Notes: generated by a model not told the origin, from the letters alone. A DNA stretch of 64,000 nucleotides from Nitrososphaerota archaeon (GCA_041641295.1 JBEPYO010000001.1:896001-960000), one strand, 5' to 3'; positions 45,596 through 56,390 are shown, numbered from the stretch's first letter. A program made the numbers and translations.

Positions 45596-47041
45596 TTATC
45601 TCAAAACCCTGAACCGGGGGCCGCTCGCCGTATCCTCCACTTGGATGCCAGCCTCCCTCAACGCCTCCCTTATCATGTCCGCCACCTTGAACTCCCCCGC
45701 CCTCCTAAACTCCTCCCTCAGCCTCAAAATCCTATCAACCACGAGATAGAGCCTCTCTCCATCACCCTTCAGCTCAGGCGGCTTAAGGCCTAGGACCTCG
45801 AACACGTCTGCGAGGGCTTGTTTAGCCTTTTCCAAGTCTCCGCTGGTTGGAGTCTTTGTCGAGTCTAGGAGTGCGTTCACTGTTTTGACGAGTTCCATCA
45901 GGTATGCGGAGGCGTGGGGGGTGTTGAGGTCCTCGCTGAGGCTGGCCATGAAACCCTCAAAGATGCTGTCAACCCTGCCGGCAAACTCTCCGCTCGGCTT
46001 ACCCTCCACACCACCCTCCACTAGGGCCTCGAGAACCCTCGCATAGCACCCCTCCACCCTCCTCCTGATCTCCACGAACTGGTCCATAACACCCTCAGAA
46101 TAGTCCAGAGGGGCTCTGTAATGGGCGCTGAGGATGAAGAGCCTGATGTCGTTGGCCGTGTATCTCCTCAAAGCGTCTTTTATCGAGACATAGTTGCCGA
46201 GGCTCTTAGACATCCTCTCACCATTAACGGTCAAGTAGCCCACATGGACCCAATACTTCACGAAGGGCCTCTTACCTGTGATGCACTCCGACTGGGCTAT
46301 CTCGTTCTCGTGGTGTGGGAAGATCAGGTCCTGTCCGCCGCCGTGTATGTCGAGCTGTTCTCCGAGATGTTTTATGCTCATTATGCTGCACTCTATATGC
46401 CAGCCCGGGAACCCCTCGCCCCAGGGACTATTCCATTTCAAGAGGTAGCCGGACTCAGCCTTCTTCCACAGCGCAAAGTCCGCCGGATTTCTCTTCCCCG
46501 GTGCGGGCTCGACCCTATGCTTGACTAGCTCCTCCCTCCTGACCCCCGAGAGCTGCCCATAATTCTCATAACTTGAGACGTCGAAGTAGATGTTCCCGTC
46601 CACGACGTAGGCGTGTCCCTTCTCTATCAGCTTGCTGATTGCCTCCCACATATCTACGATATGCATCGTTGCGCGGGGCTGTATCGTCGGCCTCCTGATG
46701 TTGAGCCTGTCCATGTCGCTGAAGAAGCTGAACATGTATTTGTCGACGAGCTCCATCGGCGCGAGCCTCTCCCTCTCCGCACCCACCAAGATCCTATCAA
46801 CCTGAGTGTCCTCCCTGAGATGCCCCACATCGGTTATATTCCTCACATACTTGACCCGGTAGCCTAGAAATGTTAGAAAGCGGTACAAGACGTCGAAGAC
46901 TATATAGGTCTTAGCGTGGCCCAAGTGGGCGAGGTCCTGCACAGTGGGGCCGCAGACGTACATCTTGACGTGGGGCGGGTCTAGGGGTTCAAAGGCCTCC
47001 ACAGACCGGCTGAGAGTATTGTAGATTCTCAGAGACCGCAT
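45596..47041 (-). CDS. cysS: Cysteinyl-tRNA synthetase
   Basis: YVCGPTV, HLGH, NITD, DFALWK, GWHIEC, HGGG.DL.FPHHENE and RMSKS. Start assigned to ATG 47041. Confidence 0.97.
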   Translation of the reverse strand: MRSLRIYNTLSRSVEAFEPLDPPHVKMYVCGPTVQDLAHLGHAKTYIVFDVLYRFLTFLGYRVKYVRNITDVGHLREDTQVDRILVGAERERLAPMELVDKYMFSFFSDMDRLNIRRPTIQPRATMHIVDMWEAISKLIEKGHAYVVDGNIYFDVSSYENYGQLSGVRREELVKHRVEPAPGKRNPADFALWKKAESGYLLKWNSPWGEGFPGWHIECSIMSIKHLGEQLDIHGGGQDLIFPHHENEIAQSECITGKRPFVKYWVHVGYLTVNGERMSKSLGNYVSIKDALRRYTANDIRLFILSAHYRAPLDYSEGVMDQFVEIRRRVEGCYARVLEALVEGGVEGKPSGEFAGRVDSIFEGFMASLSEDLNTPHASAYLMELVKTVNALLDSTKTPTSGDLEKAKQALADVFEVLGLKPPELKGDGERLYLVVDRILRLREEFRRAGEFKVADMIREALREAGIQVEDTASGPRFRVLR

Positions 47042-47181
47042 CCTCGAGCATCCCTCCCCTACCCATCCACCCCACTCCTTCAAATAATCCTTTACACCCA
47101 CATACTCGATTAGCGGTAGCTAGGCACTTAACCCACACTGGCCTACGCAATGATTTAAAATCTGACCGGCTCCACCATCAG

Positions 47182-47709
47182 TTGGGTGGATGCGTGAGGG
47201 CGCGGAGTGCTGGAATACTCCTCTACCGGCGGAATGGCGCCCGTATTGAGGTGTTGCTCGTCCATCCTGGGGGGCCGTTCTGGTCGGGGAAGGATGAGGG
47301 TGCATGGTCCATACCTAAGGGTCTCGTAGAGGAGGGTGAGGACCCGTTAGAAACCGCTAAGAGGGAGTTCAAGGAGGAGACGGGCTTCGAGGTGGATGGC
47401 GAATTCATAAGCCTAGGGGAGGTGCGCCTCGCCAGCGGAAAGATAATCCAAGCATGGGCCCTTGAAGGCAACATCGACGCCGAAAAAGTCACAAGCAACA
47501 AATTCGCGATGGAGTGGCCCAAAGGCTCGGGGAAGACTCAAGAGTTCCCCGAGGTAGACAAGGCGGCCTGGTTCAGCCTGGAGGAGGCAGCCAAGAAAAT
47601 CCATAAGGGTCAGCTCGAACTCCTAAACCGACTCAAAAAACACCTCCAAGAGATGGGAGACGGAGAGAAGGTAGCTGAAGGACAACAGCCACTCGACAGA
47701 TTCTTCTAA
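47182..47709 (+). CDS. NUDIX hydrolase, bacterial-type predicted NTP pyrophosphohydrolase
   Basis: SAGILLYR, LVHPGGPFW, WSIPKG, AKREFKEETG and EWP..SG...FPEVD. Confidence 0.88.
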   Translation: MGGCVRARSAGILLYRRNGARIEVLLVHPGGPFWSGKDEGAWSIPKGLVEEGEDPLETAKREFKEETGFEVDGEFISLGEVRLASGKIIQAWALEGNIDAEKVTSNKFAMEWPKGSGKTQEFPEVDKAAWFSLEEAAKKIHKGQLELLNRLKKHLQEMGDGEKVAEGQQPLDRFF

Positions 47710-47836
47710 AATCACTTGAAAAGAGCCTGCTAAATCGTCTCAAGGGTCTTCCCCGGTTAGACGTATAGTATTTATCACACCCCTCTTTATTGATGGCTTT
47801 GCGGGTTCCAACTCTCACTGGAGGACTGCATATCAG

Positions 47837-48715
47837 TTGGATGACATGAAACTCCCAGAATACTGGGACTGGGTTGCAGAGCACTCATTCCATCTAAGGC
47901 AGCCTAACCCCTCTATAACCGACATCTACTACAGAAAACTCGTACTCACACTAATCAACCAGCTAGGCTCAGGGAACTGGAGGAGAATCCTCAAGCTTGA
48001 TGCCTATAACGAGGCCACCAACACGCAATACGGGCTTTACTTCATAAAAGATGGCGGCGACCTCATACTTGTCGACATCTCCTACGGAATAGCTAGGAAG
48101 GCTCTTGTGAAGGCTGCAGAAAAGAGGCTCAGCCACCGCATCCACCTCATAGTGGCCGATTTTCGAAGAATGCCCCTGCGCCCTGAATGTGTTGACATGT
48201 CATGCAGCTTCGGCAGTATAGAACATGTCCCTGAATACAGCCTAGCCTTCTATGAGCAGGTCCGCGTGGTCAGGGAGGGCGGCGAAGTATTTGTAGGAGT
48301 ACCAAACCTTCTCAACTTCTCGCTGAGAGCTCTTTCAGCGAAGATACTCCATATAATGGGTCTTATGACGAGGATGACTAATCCGGAAAGACACTTCCTC
48401 GGATCTCAGCTAATATCCCTCGCCAGAAGCCTAAACTTAGATGATATAGCCCTCACAGGATACCACCTCTTCCCTAAACAGCTGAGATGGCTAGACTTGT
48501 GGATGGCGTACCGAGGTGTAGATACGTTGAAGAGAAGCCGCCTCTTCCGCTGGCTCCTGAAGACATTCACATTGATGGAGCTGAAATACTCGTTTGCGAG
48601 GGTCTTCGCAGAGATGATTATTGTTAAAGGTGTTAAAAGATGGGGACGGGGTACAGCGCTACGAAGTTTATCAGGTGAAGCAATAGATATAGACCAGCAG
48701 CCCCAGTCCACCTGA
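47837..48715 (+). CDS. Class I SAM-dependent methyltransferase-like protein
   Basis: VDIS, VADFRRMP, SIEHV, RVV..GG and GVPN. Motif I is atypical (LKLDAYNEA). Confidence 0.75.
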   Translation: MDDMKLPEYWDWVAEHSFHLRQPNPSITDIYYRKLVLTLINQLGSGNWRRILKLDAYNEATNTQYGLYFIKDGGDLILVDISYGIARKALVKAAEKRLSHRIHLIVADFRRMPLRPECVDMSCSFGSIEHVPEYSLAFYEQVRVVREGGEVFVGVPNLLNFSLRALSAKILHIMGLMTRMTNPERHFLGSQLISLARSLNLDDIALTGYHLFPKQLRWLDLWMAYRGVDTLKRSRLFRWLLKTFTLMELKYSFARVFAEMIIVKGVKRWGRGTALRSLSGEAIDIDQQPQST

Positions 48716-49904
48716 CCTTTTGCGTTGCCCACTCCTCCTGTAGGCGGGCTCCAAGATACTGTGAAATAGCTATGATGACAGGGGGGAGGAGTGGCAGTAA
48801 ATAGAAGAGGTAGACAAGGCCCCTGAAGACAGAGTTAACTACTATCCACCCAAACAACCCACCAAACCAGTAGAAAACTAGGAACATTGCGGCCTGGTCA
48901 CGCGTTGACCTAAGAAGCGAATAGACCATTACGGGGAGCATGAAGATGATTATCGTCCAACTAACTTGGACGAAGTAGGCATATAATACACCTGGGGTTA
49001 AGAGTGGGCCTGTAGCTACGTTGGACGGGCTTAGACCTGAGCCTGGCTGCACCCCCACTGCTTTTGTCACGGGGTAGTTGAAGAACCATTGCCAGATCTC
49101 GCTTCGACCGACTGCTCTAGGATTACTTATGCTCAGCCGCGAAACCATCAACATTATCCTCTCAACGATATTGGACGCCCTGGGAACCAGTATAACCCAC
49201 TCAAGGAAATACCACAGTGCAACAATAGATCCTCCAGTAGCTGCAAACAATAAAAGGACTGTCTTCCAATCATATCTCAGTGTCTGTCCACCCCTTCTCT
49301 TCTTAACCACTTTTAAACCCGTGTAAAGCAACAGAGGAACGACCACCACCAGTACAGCCTCTTTTGCGAGGAATGAAGCAGCGAAAAAAGGCGCTGAAAA
49401 TATCTTTCTACGAGGCCGCTCATCGAGTAGGAAGTAGATTCCCGCCAGCAAGAATACGAGCATAAATATGTCTATGCGCGCAACCCTCGAGAAGTAAAAG
49501 GTCAGCGCCTCGAAGGCGAATAGAAAAGAGGCTATAATAGTGGCGAACTCCACCTCTTTTCTGCCGCTGAATAAACGCTTGACTGTGAGATAGAATAAAG
49601 GAATGGCCGCCGTTCCCGCTATGGCAGACATAATGCGCCAGCCGAATGGTTGATCACCGAATAGAAAGATTCCAAGCGCAATCAGCATCTTGCCCAAGGG
49701 CGGGTGGGCAGGTCGCGGGTCCATTGGGACTCCTTCCTCACCCCATCCAAGTATGCTTCTCGCAGCGGGCACATAGTATACCTCGTCACCAATCAGTCTA
49801 TCAGGTATGTCGAGCCTATGCACCCTTAAGAGTAAGGAGAGGGTGGTCAAAGCGATAATGTAGATAGTGGTGCGCTTCAAATCCTGCGTAGGGATTGGTA
49901 CCAT
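48633..49904 (-). CDS. GT-C glycosyltransferase (GT39/PMT-like, lipid-phosphate-sugar dependent)
   Basis: GDEVYYV, HPPLGK.LIALG..LFG..PFGWR and SRVARIDI, with multiple TM segments. Confidence 0.88.
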   Translation of the reverse strand: MVPIPTQDLKRTTIYIIALTTLSLLLRVHRLDIPDRLIGDEVYYVPAARSILGWGEEGVPMDPRPAHPPLGKMLIALGIFLFGDQPFGWRIMSAIAGTAAIPLFYLTVKRLFSGRKEVEFATIIASFLFAFEALTFYFSRVARIDIFMLVFLLAGIYFLLDERPRRKIFSAPFFAASFLAKEAVLVVVVPLLLYTGLKVVKKRRGGQTLRYDWKTVLLLFAATGGSIVALWYFLEWVILVPRASNIVERIMLMVSRLSISNPRAVGRSEIWQWFFNYPVTKAVGVQPGSGLSPSNVATGPLLTPGVLYAYFVQVSWTIIIFMLPVMVYSLLRSTRDQAAMFLVFYWFGGLFGWIVVNSVFRGLVYLFYLLPLLPPVIIAISQYLGARLQEEWATQKVRWTGAAGLYLLLHLINFVALYPVPIF

Positions 49905-50001
49905 ATCCTTAAAAATCTAATTATTCGGCAGCGCCCCTTTACATGCAATCCAAGCCAACTGACAGCAGCGGTGGTGTCAGATTTCATTCAAATAGAGTTT
50001 C

Positions 50002-50232
50002 TTAAGGCTTTTGAGAAGGTCTGAAAGTAATCTTGGCGCCGCCTATCGGTATTCCAGCTAGCGCCGACTTTAAGGTCATGCATCGAGCCAGCAGCTCTAT
50101 TTCCGCTCGCGTGACGTCGCTCTGTATCCTAATTCCACCCCAGCATAGGCCCATTATAAAACAGTCTGCTACGAACCATCCGCGAGCGTCTCCGAGATTC
50201 AGCTCGAGTACTCTGCCATTAGAGACCAGCAA
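50002..50232 (-). pseudogene. Truncated Glu/Leu/Phe/Val dehydrogenase (N-terminal fragment)
   Basis: GGIR...VT..E...LAR.MTLKSALAGIPIGGAK is the family signature. The ORF stops nine codons after GGAK and no continuation is visible before the GT39 gene. Confidence 0.8.
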
Positions 50233-50279
50233 ATCCCTCGTTTACACGACGGCCAATACACATATGAGTTTGTCGGGGT

Positions 50280-50675
50280 TTACTTGAGTGGGACGTACAT
50301 GCTCGACTTTGTTGCGCCTACGCCGGGTCTGCCGTGCTGTACTCGCTTGTTTGTGATTGCGAACTCGCCCAGCCTGTGGCCTATCATTTCGGGCTGAATC
50401 TCTACGGGTATGAATTCTTTACCGTTGTGTACCCAGATTGTGAGGCCGACCATCTCTGGGAGTATGATCATGTCCCTTGCATGTGTTCTGATGGGTTTGT
50501 TGATGTTGTTTTGCTTGTATTTTCTTATTTTTATTAGGAGTTTTCGCTGGGCCTCTGTGAGGCCGCGTTTGAGGCTTCTTCTCTGACGGCTGGGGAGGAG
50601 GTTGATGAGCTGGTCTGTAGGCATCTCGAGTAGCTGCTGTAGCGTGTAGCCGCGGTAGGTGAATTCCCTGACCAT
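50280..50675 (-). CDS. rps19p: 30S ribosomal protein uS19
   Basis: [44 protein letters not shown] and GATKSS.YVPLK. Confidence 0.97.
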   Translation of the reverse strand: MVREFTYRGYTLQQLLEMPTDQLINLLPSRQRRSLKRGLTEAQRKLLIKIRKYKQNNINKPIRTHARDMIILPEMVGLTIWVHNGKEFIPVEIQPEMIGHRLGEFAITNKRVQHGRPGVGATKSSMYVPLK

Positions 50676-50736
50676 CCCTCCTTAACCAAGAAATACTACT
50701 CGGTGTCGATATATATTTGTGAGCCGCCTTCCACAG

Positions 50737-51240
50737 CTATTGCCGCGCCCTTACACGGGCTTGTCTCGGAGGCCAGGCGGTCTCCTCGAGCCTAGAGAGT
50801 GGTAGCTTGGTGGTCTCCTTAATGGTTCTAAGTATCAGCTTTGTGTCAGTGGATACGACGCCGTCGAGCCTGCCGATCTTGTCCAGTAGGGCTGCGAGTT
50901 CTTCCTTGGACCGTGTCTTGACCTTTAGTATGGCGTAGTAGTCTCCTGTAACGTCGTGTATCTCGGTTACTTCTGGGAAGTTGGCGAGCTGGCTTAAGAC
51001 CTCGGCGTATTTCGAGGGTGTAGCCCTCAGGCCTATGAAGGCTCCTATGCCGAGGTTGAGCTTAGACTCGTCGAGTATTGCGGTAAACCCTTTGATTACT
51101 CCCTCCTTCACTAGCTTGTTGACGCGGGCGTATACTGCCGCCTCGCTTATATTCAGCTGCTTTGCAATGCTGGAGTAAGATGCCCTACCGTCCTCCTGTA
51201 GAATACTTAAAATCTTGACATCCCTCTTATCAAGCTTCAT
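50737..51240 (-). CDS. Lrp/AsnC transcriptional regulator
   Basis: LDKRDVKIL..LQEDGR.SY..IA HTH plus a RAM domain (VTGDY). Confidence 0.93.
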   Translation of the reverse strand: MKLDKRDVKILSILQEDGRASYSSIAKQLNISEAAVYARVNKLVKEGVIKGFTAILDESKLNLGIGAFIGLRATPSKYAEVLSQLANFPEVTEIHDVTGDYYAILKVKTRSKEELAALLDKIGRLDGVVSTDTKLILRTIKETTKLPLSRLEETAWPPRQARVRARQ

Positions 51241-51330
51241 GCCAGACTATAACAGCTAGGCCCCCCACTAATTAAGATTCTGCAGAAAACCTCCAATATT
51301 CCTAGAAATCCCTATGAAAGTGAGGCTATA

Positions 51331-52176
51331 CTACCTCCATACACTTGACAATAGTTCATAGTCTTTGGGCGAGAGGCGCCAGCCGCAGGCCCCCGCATTC
51401 TCCTCTAAATGCTCCCTCTTAGAAGCTTTCGGTATTGTTATGACATTCTCCCTCCAGATGACCCAGTTGAGGGAGATTTGTATTGGGGTCTTCCCGTACC
51501 GCTCCGCGAGCTCCTGTAGTATCTCGGTCCTCCTCGTCTTGGCCTTGAGCTCCATAACGATTCTCCCCTGTCCCAAGGGGCTGTAGGCCGTCACGGTTAT
51601 TCCATTTCTCTCACAGTATGGGAGAAGGTCATTCTCTATTGACCTGTCGTGGAGGCCGTACTCGACCTGGTTCGCAACGATCTCTGTGATTGAGAGGTTG
51701 CTCTGCGCCTCCTCGATGAGCCGGGGAGAGAAATTGCTTACGCCTATGTATCTAATCTTCCCTTCCTTGTAGAGCCTCTCCATGGCCTTCATCGTCTCTG
51801 AGAGGGGTATTCTCTCGTTTGGCCAGTGGATCATGTAGAGGTCCACGTACTTCACACCGAGCCTCTTGAGGCTTCTCTCACACGCCCGTAGCACGTCGTC
51901 GTAGCGTAGATTTGTGTACCAGACCTTCGTGGCTATGAAGACCTCGTCGCGTGGAAAAACCTTGATCGCCCTCCCCACAAGCTCTTCAGAGTGCCCGGCC
52001 CCATACATCTCGGCGGTGTCTATGTGGTTCATGCCCAGCTCCACCGCATGTCTGATGACCTCGACGGCTTCTAGGTCGTGAGAGTAGTCCGGCGACATTG
52101 AGCCTCCAAGCTTCCAGGTACCTAGGCCTATCGCGGCTATCTTCTCATCTGTCTTTCCGAGGCGCTTGTACTCCAT
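51331..52176 (-). CDS. Aldo/keto reductase
   Basis: GLGTW, IDTAEMYG, IATKV, DLY.IHWP, IGVSNF, AYSPLG and IPKAS. Confidence 0.95.
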   Translation of the reverse strand: MEYKRLGKTDEKIAAIGLGTWKLGGSMSPDYSHDLEAVEVIRHAVELGMNHIDTAEMYGAGHSEELVGRAIKVFPRDEVFIATKVWYTNLRYDDVLRACERSLKRLGVKYVDLYMIHWPNERIPLSETMKAMERLYKEGKIRYIGVSNFSPRLIEEAQSNLSITEIVANQVEYGLHDRSIENDLLPYCERNGITVTAYSPLGQGRIVMELKAKTRRTEILQELAERYGKTPIQISLNWVIWRENVITIPKASKREHLEENAGACGWRLSPKDYELLSSVWR

Positions 52177-52274
52177 TTTATCACCACATAATCCATGCCT
52201 CTGAGAGGCTTATATTACTGACGTGGTCTGAAGGAGACATGTTTTTATCCCCTATGCGCAGGTGATGTCTTGGG

Positions 52275-53198
52275 ATGCTATATATTGCTCGTGGAGAGGA
52301 GCTGCTGAGATACAGCTTCAGCGGGGCTCATCCCATGAATAAGACTAGGCTCGAGTCCTTCTACAGGGCTCTTGACGAGTCAGGCGTGAAATACAGCGTA
52401 TTCAAGCCGGTGATGGCCAGCTTAGAAGAGCTCCGCCTCTTCCATGATGAAGACTACATCAAGTTTGTCCAGTATGCCTCGTGGCAGGGCTACGGATACC
52501 TCGATTACGGAGACACGCCCGCCTACCCCGGCGTCTTCGAGGCAGCATCATACGTTGTCGGCACAACACTTGGCCTAGTAAAGCTCGTATTGAGGGAGGG
52601 TTGCAGGGGCTTCAACCCGATGGGTGGGCTCCACCACGCCATGAGCAGCAAGGCTGGAGGGTTCTGCGTCTTCAACGACGCCGCCGTAGCCATCAAGTAT
52701 CTCTTAGAGAGGGAGGGGGTTAGGGCGGTGGCCTATGTTGACATAGACGCCCACCACGGCGACGGAGTTTACTATGAGTTTGAGGAGGACCCGCGCGTCA
52801 TCTTCTTCGACATTCACCAGGACGGTAGGACGCTCTATCCAGGGACCGGATTCAGGTATGAGGATGGGCGCGGAGCGGGGAAGGGGAAGAAGCTCAACAT
52901 CCCACTACCCCCGGGTGCGGGCGACGTCGAGTTTAAGAACGCATTTGACGAGGGCCTAGCCTTTCTTGAGAAGCATGACTTCGACTTTGTTCTCCTGCAG
53001 TGTGGGGCCGATGGTATCGAGGGCGATCCTTTAACACGGCTCGAGTACTCCCCCGCGTCTCACAGGTATGCTGCGACGGCTCTGAGGAAGCTGGCTGCTG
53101 AGAAGTGTGGCGGCAGGATAGTGGCTATGGGCGGTGGAGGATATAATCCCGAGAATGTGGCGAGGGCTTGGATGGAGGTGGTCCTGTCGCTGGCTTGA
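52275..53198 (+). CDS. Zn-dependent deacetylase (HDAC/AcuC family)
   Basis: HPM, DTP, GGLHHA, GFCVFND, DIDAHHGDG, YPGTG, GAD...DPL and GGGGY. Confidence 0.93.
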   Translation: MLYIARGEELLRYSFSGAHPMNKTRLESFYRALDESGVKYSVFKPVMASLEELRLFHDEDYIKFVQYASWQGYGYLDYGDTPAYPGVFEAASYVVGTTLGLVKLVLREGCRGFNPMGGLHHAMSSKAGGFCVFNDAAVAIKYLLEREGVRAVAYVDIDAHHGDGVYYEFEEDPRVIFFDIHQDGRTLYPGTGFRYEDGRGAGKGKKLNIPLPPGAGDVEFKNAFDEGLAFLEKHDFDFVLLQCGADGIEGDPLTRLEYSPASHRYAATALRKLAAEKCGGRIVAMGGGGYNPENVARAWMEVVLSLA

Positions 53199-53803
53199 GC
53201 CTTAGAGAGTTCTCCGCCTTTAAGCCCGGATTCAGGGTCTTCGGAGTGGCTGAGAGCTTCAGGCCGGTTTTAGGCGATAAGTCCTTCCTTGCAGGGGTTG
53301 TGATGCGGGCAGACTTTCTCCTCGACGGGTTCGCTGTGGGAAGATGCACTGTGGGAGGGATGGACGCGACAGACAGCATAATCGAGATGTACAAGATTCT
53401 CGATAGAAGTGATATCAACCTCATAATGCTTGGAGGCTGCATCATAAGCCTCTTCAACATAGTCGACCTCGGCCGGGTCGCGTCTGAGACAGGCGTCCCA
53501 CTCCTCTGCGTAACATACAACCCCTCCGAGGGGCTCTCCGAGATCATAAAGTCCAGATTTCCCAGCGACTGGGAGGAGAGGCTCAGGGTCTATGAGTCCA
53601 ACGGAGCGAGAGAGGAGTATGTCCTCAAGACAGGCTACACAGTCCACGTAAGAAGGATCGGAATCTCCCGAAGGTCTGCCGAGGTAGTCTTGAACAGGAT
53701 GACTGTTAGTGGACGAGTCCCAGAGCCCATAAGAGTTGCGAGGCTGCTTGCACGCTCCTTATTGAGGAGTGAGGCTAAAGCACGTCTCCAGGCTCCGCAG
53801 TAA
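53195..53803 (+). CDS. DUF99/UPF0215 endonuclease V-like protein
   Basis: GVAESF, GVVMR.D, VGG.DAT, FNIVD and VPEPIRVA. TTGA overlap with the deacetylase gene. Confidence 0.85.
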   Translation: MSLREFSAFKPGFRVFGVAESFRPVLGDKSFLAGVVMRADFLLDGFAVGRCTVGGMDATDSIIEMYKILDRSDINLIMLGGCIISLFNIVDLGRVASETGVPLLCVTYNPSEGLSEIIKSRFPSDWEERLRVYESNGAREEYVLKTGYTVHVRRIGISRRSAEVVLNRMTVSGRVPEPIRVARLLARSLLRSEAKARLQAPQ

Positions 53804-54824
53804 GATAGGGTGGAATAGTGGCGCCGGGAGAGACGATCACTGGCTTCTCGCGGAGGCCCTTTAGCTGGCATCCAGCGCCAGTCCTGCCTCCCTCGCCTAC
53901 GATTGTGTAGGAGAGTCGAGAGCCAGCCTCGACGACTGCTCCCTCAAGCAATACTACTGAATCTAGGGCCACGTCCTCGCCAACCTCGACGCCATCCATC
54001 AGGACTGAAGACCTCACCTCGACGCGGCTACCCAGCCTAACTCCTCCGCCGAAGTATGAGCCTCGTAGGTTTAGCTCCTGGAGCGCGAGTAGGTTTGCCT
54101 CGAGGTAGCTCGCAGGGGTTCCCACGTCAAGCCAGTATCCATGTGGATGTCTGTAGACCGCGATCCGCCGTCCTTTCTTCACGAGCCTGGTTATCGCGTC
54201 TGTGAGCTCGTATTCACCCCTAGGTGATGGCTCGATCTCTTCGGCTGCCTCTATTATCTCACCTGGCAGTATGTAGACTCCGGAGTTTATCAGGGCTGGA
54301 CCAGATATGTTTTCGGGCTTCTCGACTATGCCTTTCAACAGTCCACCTTCTTCATGCAGCACGCCGAACCTCCTCGCATCCTCCAGCTGAATGGCCAAGA
54401 CTCCTCCGTCAAACTCTATTCCAACATGCTCAACCAGTCCCAGGAGCATCCCAGCCTCAAAGAATAGGTCGCCATAAACTAGGAGAAACTTCTCCTCTCC
54501 TTCGACGAAATTCTTGGCGGCGAGGAGTGCGTGTGCCGTGCCCAGCGGCCTCTCCTGTATTCCGCGTCTTAGGATTGGTCTTTCCACCCCTTTTAGGGCG
54601 TCAATGATGCGGTCGCCTGTGGGGCTGGTGATGATGCAGGCCTCGCTCACGCCGGCCCTTTGAAGTGCTCTGACTGTTCTAAGAATTAGTGGGGTGCCTG
54701 CGACGGGTAGGAGGGGCTTGGGCCTATTCCTAGTCAGTGGGTCAAGCCTTCTGCCCTCACCCGCAGCAAGCACTACAGCCTTCAACCTTTCGCCTATCCG
54801 GCCTCCTGTGGGAAGATTTTCCAC
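53775..54824 (-). CDS. Sugar-phosphate nucleotidyltransferase with C-terminal hexapeptide repeats
   Basis: LAAGEGRRL.PLT..RPKPL, LGTAHA, YGD, EKP, SPRGEYELTD and WLDVG. Confidence 0.9.
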   Translation of the reverse strand: MENLPTGGRIGERLKAVVLAAGEGRRLDPLTRNRPKPLLPVAGTPLILRTVRALQRAGVSEACIITSPTGDRIIDALKGVERPILRRGIQERPLGTAHALLAAKNFVEGEEKFLLVYGDLFFEAGMLLGLVEHVGIEFDGGVLAIQLEDARRFGVLHEEGGLLKGIVEKPENISGPALINSGVYILPGEIIEAAEEIEPSPRGEYELTDAITRLVKKGRRIAVYRHPHGYWLDVGTPASYLEANLLALQELNLRGSYFGGGVRLGSRVEVRSSVLMDGVEVGEDVALDSVVLLEGAVVEAGSRLSYTIVGEGGRTGAGCQLKGLREKPVIVSPGATIPPYLTAEPGDVL

Positions 54825-54894
54825 ACCCCTCTATATGTCCTTCACCCCCTCTTTTCAGAAGATGCGTTTATCACCTCGCCGATAGGTTGCATTC

Positions 54895-55926
54895 GTGGTG
54901 CTGAGGCTAGTAGGGCTTGGGCTCGGTCCTCCTGAATATATGACGCTAAAGGCCATCAAGGTGCTTGAGGAGTCGGATATAGTCTATCTGGACACCTACA
55001 CAAGCCCCCTGCCCAGCGAGCTGGTGGAGTTTCTGAGGTCGAGGCTGGGGGAGAGGTTGAGGCTGGCTGATAGGTCGGACCTCGAGGATAGGGTTACTGA
55101 GCTGGTGGAGAAGGCTGCATCCATGAGCGTCGCAGTAGCCGTCCCCGGAGACCCGCTAATCGCCACAACCCACATCGCAGTCCTGGTGGAGGCGGCAGTC
55201 AGGGGTGTTGGTTTCGAAGTAGTCTACGGCGTGTCCTCCGTCTCGGCAGCCATCGGATCATCCTGCCTCTCCTCCTACAGGTTTGGCCGCACAGTAACAG
55301 TTCCCAGAGACGCCAGCGGCGAGAATCTCAAGACCATCTATAGGAGCATAGAAGAGAATATCGAGGCCGGCCTCCACACATTAGTCCTCCTAGACGTGGC
55401 TGGGGGAGGGCTCACCGCATCCGAGGCCGTGAGGAAGCTGCTTGACGTGGGTGCCGAGATGGGGGGCAGGCTTGGCCCTGACAGCATCGTAATAGTCTTG
55501 GCTAGGCTGGGCTACAGGGACGAGATTAGGGCCCTGTGTAGGGCCTCTGAGGTCTCAAACCTCCAGCTCCCACCGCCGCCACACATAGTTATTATTCCGG
55601 CCGAACTCCGCTCCTATGAGAGGGATGCAATCAAGAAATTGATGCAAGTAGATGAAGAACTTCTCAAACCCCATAAGCCTGCAAGCCAGCGCAGGGCTCG
55701 GGCCGAGAGATATGTGGCCAAGGCCAGCGGCGCCCTCAACCGACTCCAAATACTCACCAGCGACGCCGAGACACTAAAAGTCCTAGAACTCGCCAAGTCA
55801 TACATCGAAGACGCTAGATTCTTCCTCAACTCAGACATGATTGACGACTCCCTCATAGCCGTATCATATGCGGAGGGGCTGCTGGACTGTCTTAGAGCAC
55901 TGGGGAAGGTTGAGTTCACTTGGTGA
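54895..55926 (+). CDS. dph5: Diphthine synthase with a C-terminal DUF357-like domain
   Basis: VGLGL, YTS, GDPLIATTH, YRFGRTVT, GLHTLVLLD and PPH. C-terminal AKSYIEDARFF...SYAEGLLD.L is DUF357-like. Confidence 0.9.
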   Translation: MVLRLVGLGLGPPEYMTLKAIKVLEESDIVYLDTYTSPLPSELVEFLRSRLGERLRLADRSDLEDRVTELVEKAASMSVAVAVPGDPLIATTHIAVLVEAAVRGVGFEVVYGVSSVSAAIGSSCLSSYRFGRTVTVPRDASGENLKTIYRSIEENIEAGLHTLVLLDVAGGGLTASEAVRKLLDVGAEMGGRLGPDSIVIVLARLGYRDEIRALCRASEVSNLQLPPPPHIVIIPAELRSYERDAIKKLMQVDEELLKPHKPASQRRARAERYVAKASGALNRLQILTSDAETLKVLELAKSYIEDARFFLNSDMIDDSLIAVSYAEGLLDCLRALGKVEFTW

Positions 55927-56390
55927 GAAAGGTTAAGACTGTGCTCACCACTGGCGTCTTCGACATCCTACACCCAGGCCACATATATCTGCTCCGGTAT
56001 GCGAGCAGGCTGAAGGGAAAGAATGGCCGCCTAGTCGTGATAATAGCGAGGGACGAGACTGTGAGGAGGAGGAAGAAGAGACCGCCGATCTTCAGCGAGA
56101 AGGAGAGACTGATTCTCGTCAGGAGCTTGAAATTCGTCGACGAAGCCCACCTAGGCTACAGGCCTTTCAGCTTCAGAAAAGTGATTGAACGGTTCCACCC
56201 AGACATTGTAGTCTTCGGCTACGACCAGGACAAGATCCGCAACGAGTTTATAGGGGAGGCTGAGAGGGAGGGGTGGAGGGTTAGAGTAGTTAAGGCGCCT
56301 AAAATGTCCTCCGCGAAGCTGAACAGCTCCACCAAAGTCCTCGCAAGAATAGCCAGACTAGTCTCTAGCAGGAAGCTTAAGCCCCCGTAA
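55920..56390 (+). CDS. ribL: FAD synthetase / cytidylyltransferase family
   Basis: GVFDILHPGH, IARD, ER...V.SLKFVD, PDIVVFGYDQ and SST. Confidence 0.85.
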   Translation: MVRKVKTVLTTGVFDILHPGHIYLLRYASRLKGKNGRLVVIIARDETVRRRKKRPPIFSEKERLILVRSLKFVDEAHLGYRPFSFRKVIERFHPDIVVFGYDQDKIRNEFIGEAEREGWRVRVVKAPKMSSAKLNSSTKVLARIARLVSSRKLKPP

